Positions 48,801 to 58,202 of a stretch of DNA of 64,000 nucleotides are shown in pieces. The translations under genes were made by a program, and so were the position numbers. The notes beneath the pieces are model-generated. The model ran no database searches. It saw only the letters and a program-made list of their open reading frames with translations, and was not told the origin of the DNA. Within the stretch, counting starts at the first letter, position 1; the number at the start of each line of letters is the position of its first letter. Location of the stretch: the sequence record NC_070956.1; one strand, given 5' to 3'.

Positions 48801-51800
48801 GGTGACACTATGGACATACAGGGTGTGAGTGAGAGGAGCGGTCAGCTCTTTGACACCAGCCTTGAACACCGGATTGATCACAACAGGGAGTGCGGCCGTA
48901 CCGGTCGGTTTGGTAATCCCAACCTTGAAGCTGAAACGACCAGTTTGGTCATCATAAACTTCTTCAGTTGCTACACCGTCGATGTTGGAAGGAGAAGAGA
49001 ACGCCTTAACCATCATCTCTGTCGGAATGCTGCCGTCACCATTGGTGATGTCATAGACAATCGCCATAGTTGCGTCGTCAACAGTACTGGAGACGTGAGT
49101 AGCGATCAGAATCCGATCCGGGTTAACAATAGCCTCGAACAGCGTGTCCTTACCAATACCACCGTCGTCGGCCCAGATATCGGTTACGAACTTGATCTTC
49201 TCGCCATCCAGCAACGGGTTCATCTCGAATACAAACGAACCTTCACCAGTTGCAGGATCGTACTTGTACAGCTCACCGTCGACACTCAACGGTGTGCGGT
49301 TCCCGCCAACAGTTTTCTCGGCTGAACTGAACGGTGTTTTCAGGCGGAGATTGAACGGATAGGTATCACCTTCCGGAGTGACCTTGAAGGAGACGGTCAA
49401 CTGGTTAGTATCCACGTCATACTTCCCACCAAGGGTGGTGGTGGTAAAGGTCTTCGGTTTAGGCAAGATGTAACTGCCGCGAGTCACAGTCGGTGTGATG
49501 AACCCACACAGGGACTTCAGCTTGATAGTCCCGATAGCCGAAACGGAGGTTTGTGCAGTCGCATTACCGTAATAGTGAACCACCACAGTAATTACACCAG
49601 TTGCAGGATCGTAGCTTTGGGCCTGGATTTTCCCGTTATCGGCAGTGTTGGACCCACTAATGGCTCCTGTAAAATATCCATCCAACGGGATCTTGCCGTC
49701 TTTGGTCCTGACATCAACCAACCAACTCACCGCCATGACCGGTCGAGTTCCAACAGGGACATTTACTTGTTTGTACTCGGGGTCGTTCCGGAATATAGCT
49801 GTGCCTTCATTCACATCTGAGAGCACGTGGTAATCAGAACGAGAAGCTGTTACCGTCATATTCTCGAACGGGTAATTGAATTCCAGAGTCCAATCCCAGC
49901 GGTTTCTCGGGTCCTCGTGCATCGGAACAGCGACGGTACCGACCCAGACGTTACGATCTTCACCTTCTGTGGCTTTACGTTTCCAGACAAGCTCAGCTTC
50001 GAAGCCAGGATGGTTCCCGCCATTACTAATCTTGAAGTTGGTCAGCTTGGCGGCCACATCTACAGAACTAACGCCCTTGGTATCGCGGAACGAATACTCA
50101 AACTTGAGTTCTTGGTTGCAATAGGACTTGTTCAGCAGATAGATGGTCAACGGCTCCACCGTCTCGGTCACACGGAACGGGACTTCGGTATCTTCAACCA
50201 GTACGATCCCCTCGTAGTCGTACCGTACCGGAACAGTGGTCACTTCCTTAGCTGTTACGCTATAAGTGATGGTCATGGTCCCGGCATTGTAATTCTGGGA
50301 AACCGGGTTAACCCCTTCCAGACCAGTCCCACCATTGATGGGTTGAACCACAACAGTTGTCGGTGCAGGAGAGCCATCGTTAGCCACGACTTTACCGGAG
50401 TGAGTGATCAACTTGGTGGTCATCACCGGCTTTTCCCAGACAATGGAGTACGCGCTCTTAGCTGTCGTTTCCACAGTGTAGGACTCAGAGGCGTTCGGGT
50501 ATTCGTCGGCGTAGACACGACCTTCAACCAGGTAGTTGGTACCCTCACCACTCGGATTCTCCAGAGCGATATCAGCGTACACAGTTCCTGTATTGACGTC
50601 GTAACGACGATTGGTCAATTCCTTGGTACCGTTCTTGGTGTTTACCGCACGGGTAACCGGGGTCACCAGTGTAGCACCTTCAGGGATGGTGTCGTCGGAC
50701 AGACGAACTTGCATACTGACAGTACCGACGGTCCCGTTAACAGTCAGTTTGGCTTCAGTCACCTTGATCGGGGTACGGACAACTTTGACGACCACGTCAT
50801 CGATGAACTGAAGTTCCGGCTTACCAACGTACGGAGTCAGAATTACTGACCCAACGAATGCGTACGTCATATCCTTGGAAGGATCGAGTGTCACAGTCGC
50901 TTCGAACTTGGCGAGACCAGTCACGGGATCGTAACTTGTGTCTTCCTTGGTGATCGGAGTCGCAACGTTGGTTGCAGTAGCAAACGGAATCTTGAAGTCA
51001 GCGGCTACTGGGTAGGACCCGTCTGCAAGCCGAACCTTGTAAATGCCGATTGCTTTATCACCGACAACTTCCAGAGACTGGAGAGTGATACTCGGATCGG
51101 TGTTTCCAGTGCCATCATCCGGGAGAGTCCAGGAATCAGGTTTCACTGTACCAGTTGTTTCGGCTACAGCGTAGCTGGTACCAGAAGGAACAGTTGCACT
51201 TACGGTGAGCGCATACTTCTCGATGGTGTCGTTCGGTGCAACGATGTCCGCACTAACTTCCCACAAGCCCTTGCTCTTATCAATCTCCTTGAAGGAGAAC
51301 TTGGGATCAGCAGCGATGTTCTCACCAGAAACATAGGCAAGTGTGGCGTCGCCGGTGTAGGCGGCATCACCAAGGTACAGCCCTACCTTCCTGACGATAC
51401 GGAGACCATTAAGCGTGGTTTCAACATCGGTTGCAGTGAGATCGAGTACCAGGTCCTTGACGGATACGGTGAACAAGGAACCATCTGCTTCGATACGAGC
51501 GTTGTAGGTGATCGGTTCGATCACACCTGTCTTCAACACGAGGTCGAAGTACAAGACACCGGTACCCGGGTGGTAATCCTGGTTAGGTGTTCCCTGATCA
51601 GGTGCGATACCAGAGATGGAACTGGCGTCGTAGAACTTGGCATCACCGGGATGTACGTTGGGGGAGCCGATACGATTGATCCGAACAGTATGACGGATCT
51701 TGTCGCCCATCAGCTTGACACCCAGGTCAGTAGCTTCCCATTCCACCTCGCCGCTATTGGTGTACGTTCCGGTGAAATCACCGAACAGAGGCTTCTTGAA

Positions 51801-54266
51801 GTCGTCTGCTTTGAACTCACCCTTGGCGGAGTAAACGTTATCACCCAGATCGGGGTAAACGATATCCACTGTCAGCGTCCAGAAGTCACCGGCCTTTTCC
51901 AGAGTGTGAGTACCATTGGGTTTGAGGCCGACTGTATTGGTCAGACCCAACAGAGTCAGATCTTTAACCTTGGAACCATCGTCACTGTAGGTTGCGTCCA
52001 AAGTCCAGCGAAGTTTGGGATCGGCGCTGTCCAGGAGGAACTCGGTGTTCGTGGTGGTGAAGTTGATTTCGAGATCGTTATCGAATACAGCTTCGAATTT
52101 GGCGGTTGCTGTTTTCACAGTTCCGTCGCGTTCGTGAGTACCGTGGACAACCCATTCGAAGTCGACAGTCAGTTCTACCGGATCATTTCCATAAGCAGTC
52201 AGTTCTGCGGAAACGGTACCGGATTGGAGATCAACGTCCCAACCAGGCTGGGAGAAACTTTCGGGTACGAGACCCTTAATGTTTTCCATACCTTTAGGGT
52301 CGATAGCCGGAATGTCTTTACCATCAGACAACACGGCGTTATACGGCCACGTTACCTTGGTCGGTGCGCGAGGGGAATCGAACACTCCCTTACCTGGTGT
52401 GATGACGGCACTGACCACAGTCACCCAAGTACCATCACCGTTGGTGGTTCCAAACGGAGTGGACGGGGTGCTACAGACCACGCTGAGTTTTACAGAGATC
52501 TTGATCGGCTCAATGTCCGGATCAGGAATGATAACGATTGTCACGAAACCATTCTCGATAACTGCTGCGTCACGCATTGTCCCACCAACGATGGCCGGGA
52601 ATACGTTTGCGATCATCGGATCGTTCGGGCTTTCAGCGTTGTCTACCTTAACACGATAAGTGACCAACTGGGTCTTTTCATCGTAGGTGAGAGTCTGTTG
52701 GGTGAACGTGAGGACCGGATCACCAGTGGTATCGAACTCCTTGGAGAACTTCATGGAGTAGGGAACCATCTCCTCCAGGTCGTCGATCTTTGCTTCACAG
52801 AAAAGTTCGATCTCGTACTTCTCAGGCGTTTGCGGAATCACGGTTATGTCGTGATAGACCTCACCGTTTTCGGTGACGACACCAGGACCTGCGTTGTCGT
52901 TGTCTTCCAAACCAACAGTCCCCGGAAGGAACTTATCGGAGCGTTGCGTGAAGTAAGGAACAATCCCACCCACATAACGGAAACGACCAACCATGTTCAG
53001 TACTGGACCGAATGTGGGTTCATCATAGACAAACTCGATCTCCGGGCGCACTTCCTTAGGGATGGAAACTTCGGTTTCTGCTTTGCGGAGACCGATATCC
53101 CACTTATGGGTTTGAGCACCCATCGTCTCAGTTTTCAGAGCGAACGTGTAAACATCACCATCGACTGATTTGACTTCTGCTGTTTCAGACTTCAGCTTGT
53201 CGGACAGACCAGTGACATATTCACCAGTATAGGTGTCTTTCACTTTAGCCGTCAAGGTGTACGCATCAACAACTGCCACTTGTTCGATGACCAAGCGATC
53301 CACGTCAACACCACCAGTGAACTCAGCGCCCTTGGTCACTGACTTAGAACCTTCAGTGTCTTTCCGAGTGAAGTCCACTTTAACGGTCAAAGTACCGAGG
53401 AACTGATCGTTGACTTCTTCGTCACCGGTATACGGTTCGAATTCACTGTAAACAGTAGCGACTGTTTTGTGTTCGGTCACAGAGAGTTCGTTGGAAAGTT
53501 CCAGACGGAAACCAGCAGGTACTTTGTAGTCACTAGCGATGCTAACTACCGGTGACATGGTTTCGATACCCTGCCAGTGTGCTACCAGTTCGATATCGAA
53601 CTTGGCTACGACAGCAGTCTTGTTTTCCATGCCAGTTGCACGACTAGGGTTGATCTTGACGACCATACCGTCGCCGCCATCCAGGTTCTCGTCATAAACG
53701 AAAACTGCTACCGGGGTGGGTTCCAGGAGTGACCGATCATTGACCATCATGGTGTAGTCAGCACTGAGTGGATGGGCGTCCTCGGCGGAAACATCCAGGC
53801 GATCAAAGAAGATGTTGGAAGTGGCTTCACGGAGACCACCTTCACCTTTCAGAGTCTTGAGGAAGAGACAATACTGTCCGGTCGGTTCATAAAACACGTA
53901 CTCGAAATCCCAGTTGTTACTGCGGAAGAGTGCGTGAAGTTCACCGATAGTTTTAACGGTTTTGACGTTAGTCTCCATACCAGTCAGGATTTCACCGAAG
54001 GGCAAACGCTCTACAGGGATATCCACCCGACCGAAACCGGTGATTCGTGAAGTGATACAAACCAAAGACTCACGATCCCCCTGGATGGGTTCGATACGCA
54101 CATCTTCGGCTTTAAGGTTATTGTAGCGCTCTCTCGCTACTTCGAGTTCGCCCTTGGGATCATCGATTTCTAGATCAGCAAGGCGCTTTGCGAGGAACCG
54201 TTGTACAGAGACCCAGAATGGATCACGTACAAAGGCACTCCTTTCAACAATCAACCCGTTTTCCAT
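45882..54266 (-). CDS. Giant (2794 aa) beta-sandwich-repeat putative virion fibre, shared N-terminal domain family
   Basis: FVRDPFWVSVQRFLAKR...RYNNLKAEDVRIE...ITGFGRVDIPVE; at least 12 YDPxTG-type motifs; T/V/G-rich; GGAG RBS. Confidence 0.7.
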   Translation of the reverse strand: MENGLIVERSAFVRDPFWVSVQRFLAKRLADLEIDDPKGELEVARERYNNLKAEDVRIEPIQGDRESLVCITSRITGFGRVDIPVERLPFGEILTGMETNVKTVKTIGELHALFRSNNWDFEYVFYEPTGQYCLFLKTLKGEGGLREATSNIFFDRLDVSAEDAHPLSADYTMMVNDRSLLEPTPVAVFVYDENLDGGDGMVVKINPSRATGMENKTAVVAKFDIELVAHWQGIETMSPVVSIASDYKVPAGFRLELSNELSVTEHKTVATVYSEFEPYTGDEEVNDQFLGTLTVKVDFTRKDTEGSKSVTKGAEFTGGVDVDRLVIEQVAVVDAYTLTAKVKDTYTGEYVTGLSDKLKSETAEVKSVDGDVYTFALKTETMGAQTHKWDIGLRKAETEVSIPKEVRPEIEFVYDEPTFGPVLNMVGRFRYVGGIVPYFTQRSDKFLPGTVGLEDNDNAGPGVVTENGEVYHDITVIPQTPEKYEIELFCEAKIDDLEEMVPYSMKFSKEFDTTGDPVLTFTQQTLTYDEKTQLVTYRVKVDNAESPNDPMIANVFPAIVGGTMRDAAVIENGFVTIVIIPDPDIEPIKISVKLSVVCSTPSTPFGTTNGDGTWVTVVSAVITPGKGVFDSPRAPTKVTWPYNAVLSDGKDIPAIDPKGMENIKGLVPESFSQPGWDVDLQSGTVSAELTAYGNDPVELTVDFEWVVHGTHERDGTVKTATAKFEAVFDNDLEINFTTTNTEFLLDSADPKLRWTLDATYSDDGSKVKDLTLLGLTNTVGLKPNGTHTLEKAGDFWTLTVDIVYPDLGDNVYSAKGEFKADDFKKPLFGDFTGTYTNSGEVEWEATDLGVKLMGDKIRHTVRINRIGSPNVHPGDAKFYDASSISGIAPDQGTPNQDYHPGTGVLYFDLVLKTGVIEPITYNARIEADGSLFTVSVKDLVLDLTATDVETTLNGLRIVRKVGLYLGDAAYTGDATLAYVSGENIAADPKFSFKEIDKSKGLWEVSADIVAPNDTIEKYALTVSATVPSGTSYAVAETTGTVKPDSWTLPDDGTGNTDPSITLQSLEVVGDKAIGIYKVRLADGSYPVAADFKIPFATATNVATPITKEDTSYDPVTGLAKFEATVTLDPSKDMTYAFVGSVILTPYVGKPELQFIDDVVVKVVRTPIKVTEAKLTVNGTVGTVSMQVRLSDDTIPEGATLVTPVTRAVNTKNGTKELTNRRYDVNTGTVYADIALENPSGEGTNYLVEGRVYADEYPNASESYTVETTAKSAYSIVWEKPVMTTKLITHSGKVVANDGSPAPTTVVVQPINGGTGLEGVNPVSQNYNAGTMTITYSVTAKEVTTVPVRYDYEGIVLVEDTEVPFRVTETVEPLTIYLLNKSYCNQELKFEYSFRDTKGVSSVDVAAKLTNFKISNGGNHPGFEAELVWKRKATEGEDRNVWVGTVAVPMHEDPRNRWDWTLEFNYPFENMTVTASRSDYHVLSDVNEGTAIFRNDPEYKQVNVPVGTRPVMAVSWLVDVRTKDGKIPLDGYFTGAISGSNTADNGKIQAQSYDPATGVITVVVHYYGNATAQTSVSAIGTIKLKSLCGFITPTVTRGSYILPKPKTFTTTTLGGKYDVDTNQLTVSFKVTPEGDTYPFNLRLKTPFSSAEKTVGGNRTPLSVDGELYKYDPATGEGSFVFEMNPLLDGEKIKFVTDIWADDGGIGKDTLFEAIVNPDRILIATHVSSTVDDATMAIVYDITNGDGSIPTEMMVKAFSSPSNIDGVATEEVYDDQTGRFSFKVGITKPTGTAALPVVINPVFKAGVKELTAPLTHTLYVHSVTQTNAGWQDYEKAFRVTHKVKRNAGDVDITEGYHVVTSADPESTGPIRTEKTGSATPNIFYLCYVPTTPPKTDDVTVYKVSGKFMANAGGKLFYALPWTCTFKQFLTNNGYVNTWLKDMELEGNLLTVTVNNAFAQGGVPKGTAYTNKPFDYVLNTLNGTKTPKSESYDPVTGILTFVFEMTDAFAKNGGQATFNSRVNFPAYGDNITKPALDSKMEVTKAVVPPAPVIYTPTKVSTVITNNELVETYKFANNDGAFPPDVKFVGEPVATGATISSTKPPVYDKTTGLFVVTYDCDAPSGATPVEVILEGTIDSGNEDGSTFKPHVTYQHVEHLVKSVNATLGANALVLDHEVTAGTVAIDNLVLSGVEYTNNAGTARLLEHTTGDKVWKLNLPRRTDIRPYKTTGTGNYSVDKGNKVKVIIPFTVDYSEPIVPSAGPVSQYHQVDLFSQNLKMDLTGTIPTSARITKFTPVKGFLDNVSNQLTQSYDPATGVLSWSAKTKILTGSWADKFEADMEITTNDGQIAKYKVDFVQNVFDMRDLGIEWKNGRLQRNYYVTLNGGYNFQGDGAFVALAVNPSATTGAVGTIHNKGEVSWIIDYNVAAPSTTQDTHYTGNGYLALKQPDNLEVRLPWVLDYTNVLPKGPYVSTLDSVSVKDDVATMKYTLKNNTNDLPTEATVTKLDSAQGSKGGSLDVKSSAYDPATGVLTVQFDIEPIPVDLSMLVGCTAMVATEAAAKTQISGSRRAWYYSANTTGYTWIGNNLKMSHNLVPGANSVMPRQATYVFGNMTGLIPGTNRYVCEHLNNESAYVTTYAVAAPDAAGTNYNGNGWIKVDGNAENAEVYVPFTISFSATSIPVKGARNVELYDISWGGGNVNFSMMCKEADGSFSPSVKLGPTVTRVYTPGRTDGAGVANETYDPATGILTATFPGAGPNATPSDFQLTGTYKYPNNETLDAVVNRALDNRAFGGGIHNK

Positions 54267-54292
54267 TTATTGGCTCCAGGATATGTGGGTTA

Positions 54293-54319
54293 TAAAGAAG
54301 GGGTGAACGAATCCACCCC
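54293..54319 (-). terminator. Rho-independent terminator
   Basis: Minus strand GGGGTGGA-TTCG-TTCACCCC-TTCTTT. Confidence 0.75.
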
Positions 54320-54357
54320 ATACTACATTAGTTCGCAGATAACTGTGACTGGTGTCT

Positions 54358-57300
54358 TTAAGTAGTCAGTGTGATCGTTGCTACGAAGGTGGGTTTAACT
54401 TCACCCTCCCAAGTACCTGCACGGAACTTGGCACGAACGGTAACCTTCTCACCTGGGGAGACACGACCAGGATTGGTGAAATAAACACCTTCTTGATCGA
54501 ACCGAACACGTTGGCTGTTGGGTTCACCATTAACACTGTAACTGATCACCTCGATCAAGTTAGCAGCTGTGTTTTCCACGCTCTCACCTGTCTCCTTGTT
54601 ACGGTACACGACTTTCCAGGGCTGGAAGTATTCATTATCCCAATCACCTGGGACCAGTTCGTGTTCCCAACCTGGGAGCAAGGGTGGTTTGTGACTGAAC
54701 ACATGATCAGGCTGAATGTACCAAGAAGCGATATTCGCGAATTTGACAGTCAACGCCGGGAGCGGTTTCTCGACCGGTGTAATGGTGTCGAACAGAGGGT
54801 GTTTAAACACGATATTGTCACCGTCCATGCTACCGTATTCGCCATCAATGGTTGACGTGATAATCGCAGCATCGCGTACCAGATACTTGTTCATACCAGC
54901 ACAGCGTAGATTGAGTACGTATTCTTTCTTCTCTTGGTCGATCGTCAATTCCGAACTCGGATTCTTCCCGTATGGAGGAAGTGAAGGAGTTCTGAGAACG
55001 TTCCCTACAAAAGGTTCAGGCATGTACGGAGACATGAATGTCAACGTGGTCATACTCTTCTGGAGGATCTTGTCAAAGAAATCTTCGTACTTGATCTTGG
55101 TCTTGAGAAGGGTAAGATGACTACCACGTTCGACAGTTACATCAACCACTCCTACCGACGGGAGTACGACTTTCAACTTCTTGGAAAGGGGTGATACGAT
55201 ATCACTGGAGAGGATAACAAGGATTCCGGTCCCATCTTCTTCATTCCTGTAAATGAAGATTTGAGGAATGGTATCCGATCCACCGCCCGGGAGATAGCGA
55301 TACATCCAGTCATTTTGGATGCTCACACTCTTATCCCCGATCTTGAATCTATACTTGGTCAGCGTTACCGCGGACGGTTGTTCTTCATCAATGGTGTTAC
55401 AGTACAAAGGGATAACGGAATCAGATTCCACTTCACCAATTGGAAGGTCATCCTTGATGAGAGTGGTGTTATCGAGCACAGGAATTACATCTTCCAGAAT
55501 GACAGGAACGCCCTGATCTTTCAGATACGGATCAGTGATCTTTAACGTACTGTATTCCCCGTAGACACCACTTTTGTAGTCGATCCCTACTTCCGGGTAA
55601 ACCTTTTCGGGAACGAGAACCACAGTCACCACGTTGAAATGTTGCAGACCATCTTTGATGATCCCCACGGGAAGTGTCATCGTAATCTTGGTACCAGAAA
55701 CATAGTTCTTATCCAGAACCACAACCTTGGTCATCTGTTCGGGTTTTCCTTCCTCATCAGCGAATGGGGAATCGACAAAACCGGTCTTGGTGACTTGAAC
55801 AAGACTCTTGTTGTAATACCCTTCTTTCAAGAACCAATCACGAATATAGAACTCGTTAGGCTTGTCGGGATGAACCAGCGCCTTCAATTCGAGGGTACTT
55901 CCTTCGCCGAGGTCGAGATCGGTTCGACATTCGATCACGGAAAGCTGATGGTAGAGATCCATAGTCCATACGGTCTCGTGTTCACCATTCTTGAATACCG
56001 CTTCCAATTCAAACCACTCACCCGGGTGAGGAGCGATAAAGCGCTCAGTGCTACCATAAGAACGGATCAAGGGAGTAGAGATAATCCGGTGATATTCGTT
56101 GTTGGTAACATCGGAAATGTATTCGGGTGGGTTAACCCAGGGTTCATTGGGATTGGGAACCGCGAAGACATTCAGGTTTTGGAAGGCAGGATGATTAACA
56201 TTCTGATCGACCACCAACTGAAGTTTTGCGGAGAACAATGGTTCCATGTCAGTTGCTGGCATTTGCGCAAAATCAAAAGAAAGATCTTTCATTCGCGCAC
56301 CAGCGACAAACGGGTGCACCATCTCGCGCTGGCCGAACATCATACTGAGTTCAGCATCATCACATCCAATGACCCGACACTCGACATGGTACAGACCCAG
56401 CTTCTCCACATAGGTCATTTGAGCAACGTCAGTGAACGGACCTTTAAGGATCCAGCTATCTGGGAGTGCTGTAACATTTTCAGCATCATCTTTCAGAGAG
56501 AACAGGAATCCCTGGGGAAGTGTAACCCGACCGACATCTTTGAAGTAGAAAGAACCGGCTTTGGTCGCGATGAACGCTTTGTTCCGGAAACGCAACGGAT
56601 CCAGAACGACCTCAAAGATAAACGTGGAATTGGAACTTGCCTTCTTATCACCTTTCATGTTGGAGAGCTCGGCTTCGAACACCAACAAGGAGGACTCCAG
56701 TGTTTTCATCTGGGAAGGAAGCGTAAACTCCAGCTCGGCTGTGTATTCGGTATCACTGATTTTAGTCAGCTTGCCGGTAAAGTCCTGGGTAAAAGGAGCA
56801 TGTCCTGCCCAAGACAAATTCTTACCCAGGAGAGTGGTCGCGTCAAACCCAAGTTTCTTACTCAGGGACAGATTGACAACTGTCTTCCCGTCGCGTTCGT
56901 TGAACTGGACACTCTTGGGGAACTTAACCTGGAGTTGATTCTCGCTTTCCTCATCCAGTTTGTCGCCAGACAGGAGAACAATCTCGCCTTGCCCTTCGAT
57001 GGAGAGATCTTCGATGATCACACGTTGCGGATCCACTGCTGGATCGATGGAAGTGGGGAAATGGAACCCACTCATCTTCTCGAAGATGATGTCGGTAACA
57101 ACCGGGAAGTTGTATATGTCATTACCCAGGAGTGCTTTGCGGGCGAAGTAGTAGAACTTGTTTGTTTCTACCACGTAGAAGTAATCTCCCTTTCCTGTAT
57201 GGAAAGGTGCCATAGCGATCATGTCGCTAATAGTAGCGCATTCATAGAGTCCTGTGAAAGTTTTGGTGTGCGGGACCAAATCCATGAACAACTCTTTGAA

Positions 57301-57579
57301 GGGAAGCGGATGAACCTCTACGTCAAAACGTGCGTATCCGTTAGTACGGTAAGCAATGGTACTGTACGTCACACCGTCTTTTATAACGGGCGGTTCGACA
57401 CTGTTATTAACGGGGGTCGGGTTCAGATAACGTTTGCGCAATTCCGCTATCTGTTCTTCCGTCGGGTTTTTGAGTTCGGCGATACGCTCTTCACACACCT
57501 TAGCCAGCGCAATTTTAACTGCTGGCCAAGAAGGGCTGAGGATCGACCGATCACGGTTAATCGTGAAATCGACTGACAT
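54358..57579 (-). CDS. Large beta-rich putative virion protein (~1073 aa), shared N-terminal domain family
   Basis: Start refined to MSVDF after GGAG; SPSWPAVKIALAK...RKRYLN...RTNGYARFDVEV. Confidence 0.65.
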   Translation of the reverse strand: MSVDFTINRDRSILSPSWPAVKIALAKVCEERIAELKNPTEEQIAELRKRYLNPTPVNNSVEPPVIKDGVTYSTIAYRTNGYARFDVEVHPLPFKELFMDLVPHTKTFTGLYECATISDMIAMAPFHTGKGDYFYVVETNKFYYFARKALLGNDIYNFPVVTDIIFEKMSGFHFPTSIDPAVDPQRVIIEDLSIEGQGEIVLLSGDKLDEESENQLQVKFPKSVQFNERDGKTVVNLSLSKKLGFDATTLLGKNLSWAGHAPFTQDFTGKLTKISDTEYTAELEFTLPSQMKTLESSLLVFEAELSNMKGDKKASSNSTFIFEVVLDPLRFRNKAFIATKAGSFYFKDVGRVTLPQGFLFSLKDDAENVTALPDSWILKGPFTDVAQMTYVEKLGLYHVECRVIGCDDAELSMMFGQREMVHPFVAGARMKDLSFDFAQMPATDMEPLFSAKLQLVVDQNVNHPAFQNLNVFAVPNPNEPWVNPPEYISDVTNNEYHRIISTPLIRSYGSTERFIAPHPGEWFELEAVFKNGEHETVWTMDLYHQLSVIECRTDLDLGEGSTLELKALVHPDKPNEFYIRDWFLKEGYYNKSLVQVTKTGFVDSPFADEEGKPEQMTKVVVLDKNYVSGTKITMTLPVGIIKDGLQHFNVVTVVLVPEKVYPEVGIDYKSGVYGEYSTLKITDPYLKDQGVPVILEDVIPVLDNTTLIKDDLPIGEVESDSVIPLYCNTIDEEQPSAVTLTKYRFKIGDKSVSIQNDWMYRYLPGGGSDTIPQIFIYRNEEDGTGILVILSSDIVSPLSKKLKVVLPSVGVVDVTVERGSHLTLLKTKIKYEDFFDKILQKSMTTLTFMSPYMPEPFVGNVLRTPSLPPYGKNPSSELTIDQEKKEYVLNLRCAGMNKYLVRDAAIITSTIDGEYGSMDGDNIVFKHPLFDTITPVEKPLPALTVKFANIASWYIQPDHVFSHKPPLLPGWEHELVPGDWDNEYFQPWKVVYRNKETGESVENTAANLIEVISYSVNGEPNSQRVRFDQEGVYFTNPGRVSPGEKVTVRAKFRAGTWEGEVKPTFVATITLTT

Positions 57580-57614
57580 GGGTTTCTCCATTTGGTTTGT
57601 TATTACTTATTACC

Positions 57615-57627
57615 TAGGCATAGCATT
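57615..57627 (-). promoter_or_regulatory. Putative late promoter (TATG-type)
   Basis: Minus strand AATGCTATGCCTA, TATG ~40 nt upstream of the start. Confidence 0.4.
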
Positions 57628-57650
57628 CGGAAATAAATAAAGAACATAAA

Positions 57651-57680
57651 AGACACTCCCAGCCTAAGCCAGGAGTGTCT
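57651..57680 (-). terminator. Terminator-like hairpin
   Basis: AGACACTCC-CAGCCTAAGCCA-GGAGTGTCT with T-runs on both strands. Confidence 0.65.
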
Positions 57681-57715
57681 TTATTTAAGTTTACAAATGA
57701 GCAATGACGTACAAG

Positions 57716-58186
57716 TTATTCAGTCAGGGTTCTGAGGACGCCACAGATGCTGTAATTGTGGGTGATAAAATCACAACCACTTATCGCGTCTCTGATTTGG
57801 GCTGGTTCGGAGGACTGGTGTATGCCACGAACTATCCAACTATCTGGATCGCTCTGATGAATGGTGTAACCCATCAAGATGAAGTTCTCTTCCATCTCTT
57901 CTATGTTTGCCATCACGTTAGGACTGTAGCAAACTCCTTTGGATATTCTCCAGGTGGGGTCGTTACCCCCGTTGACCATGACTATTGTAAAACCACGGGA
58001 AATGAGGTTGGAGAGAGCCTTCTCGAGGTGACTTGCGTTTCCTTCTGATTGTCGTTCTTCGATCAAGAACGATGCTACATCGGGACTGTCTTTACGGAAA
58101 GTCTCTCCGAACGACTTATCACTCTCTTGGCGACGAGCGACGTTGTCGTCCACTACTGTCTTTACCCAGTTATGGAAACCTTTCAT
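57716..58186 (-). CDS. Hypothetical protein
   Basis: AAGGAG RBS before MKGFHNW. Confidence 0.65.
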   Translation of the reverse strand: MKGFHNWVKTVVDDNVARRQESDKSFGETFRKDSPDVASFLIEERQSEGNASHLEKALSNLISRGFTIVMVNGGNDPTWRISKGVCYSPNVMANIEEMEENFILMGYTIHQSDPDSWIVRGIHQSSEPAQIRDAISGCDFITHNYSICGVLRTLTE

Positions 58187-58202
58187 TGTTAACTCCTTGG
58201 TA

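Noticed and set aside
46938-57576. Long plus-strand ORFs (579, 340, 532, 645 aa and others) over the giant minus-strand genes
   Set aside because: Fully overlap well-supported genes and lack RBSs or motifs; typical antisense ORFs
42581-57591. Two genes flanking the giant ORF both listed as exactly 1077 aa
   Set aside because: RBS-supported starts (45790, 57579) give about 1069 and 1073 aa, so the identity is an ORF-calling artefact
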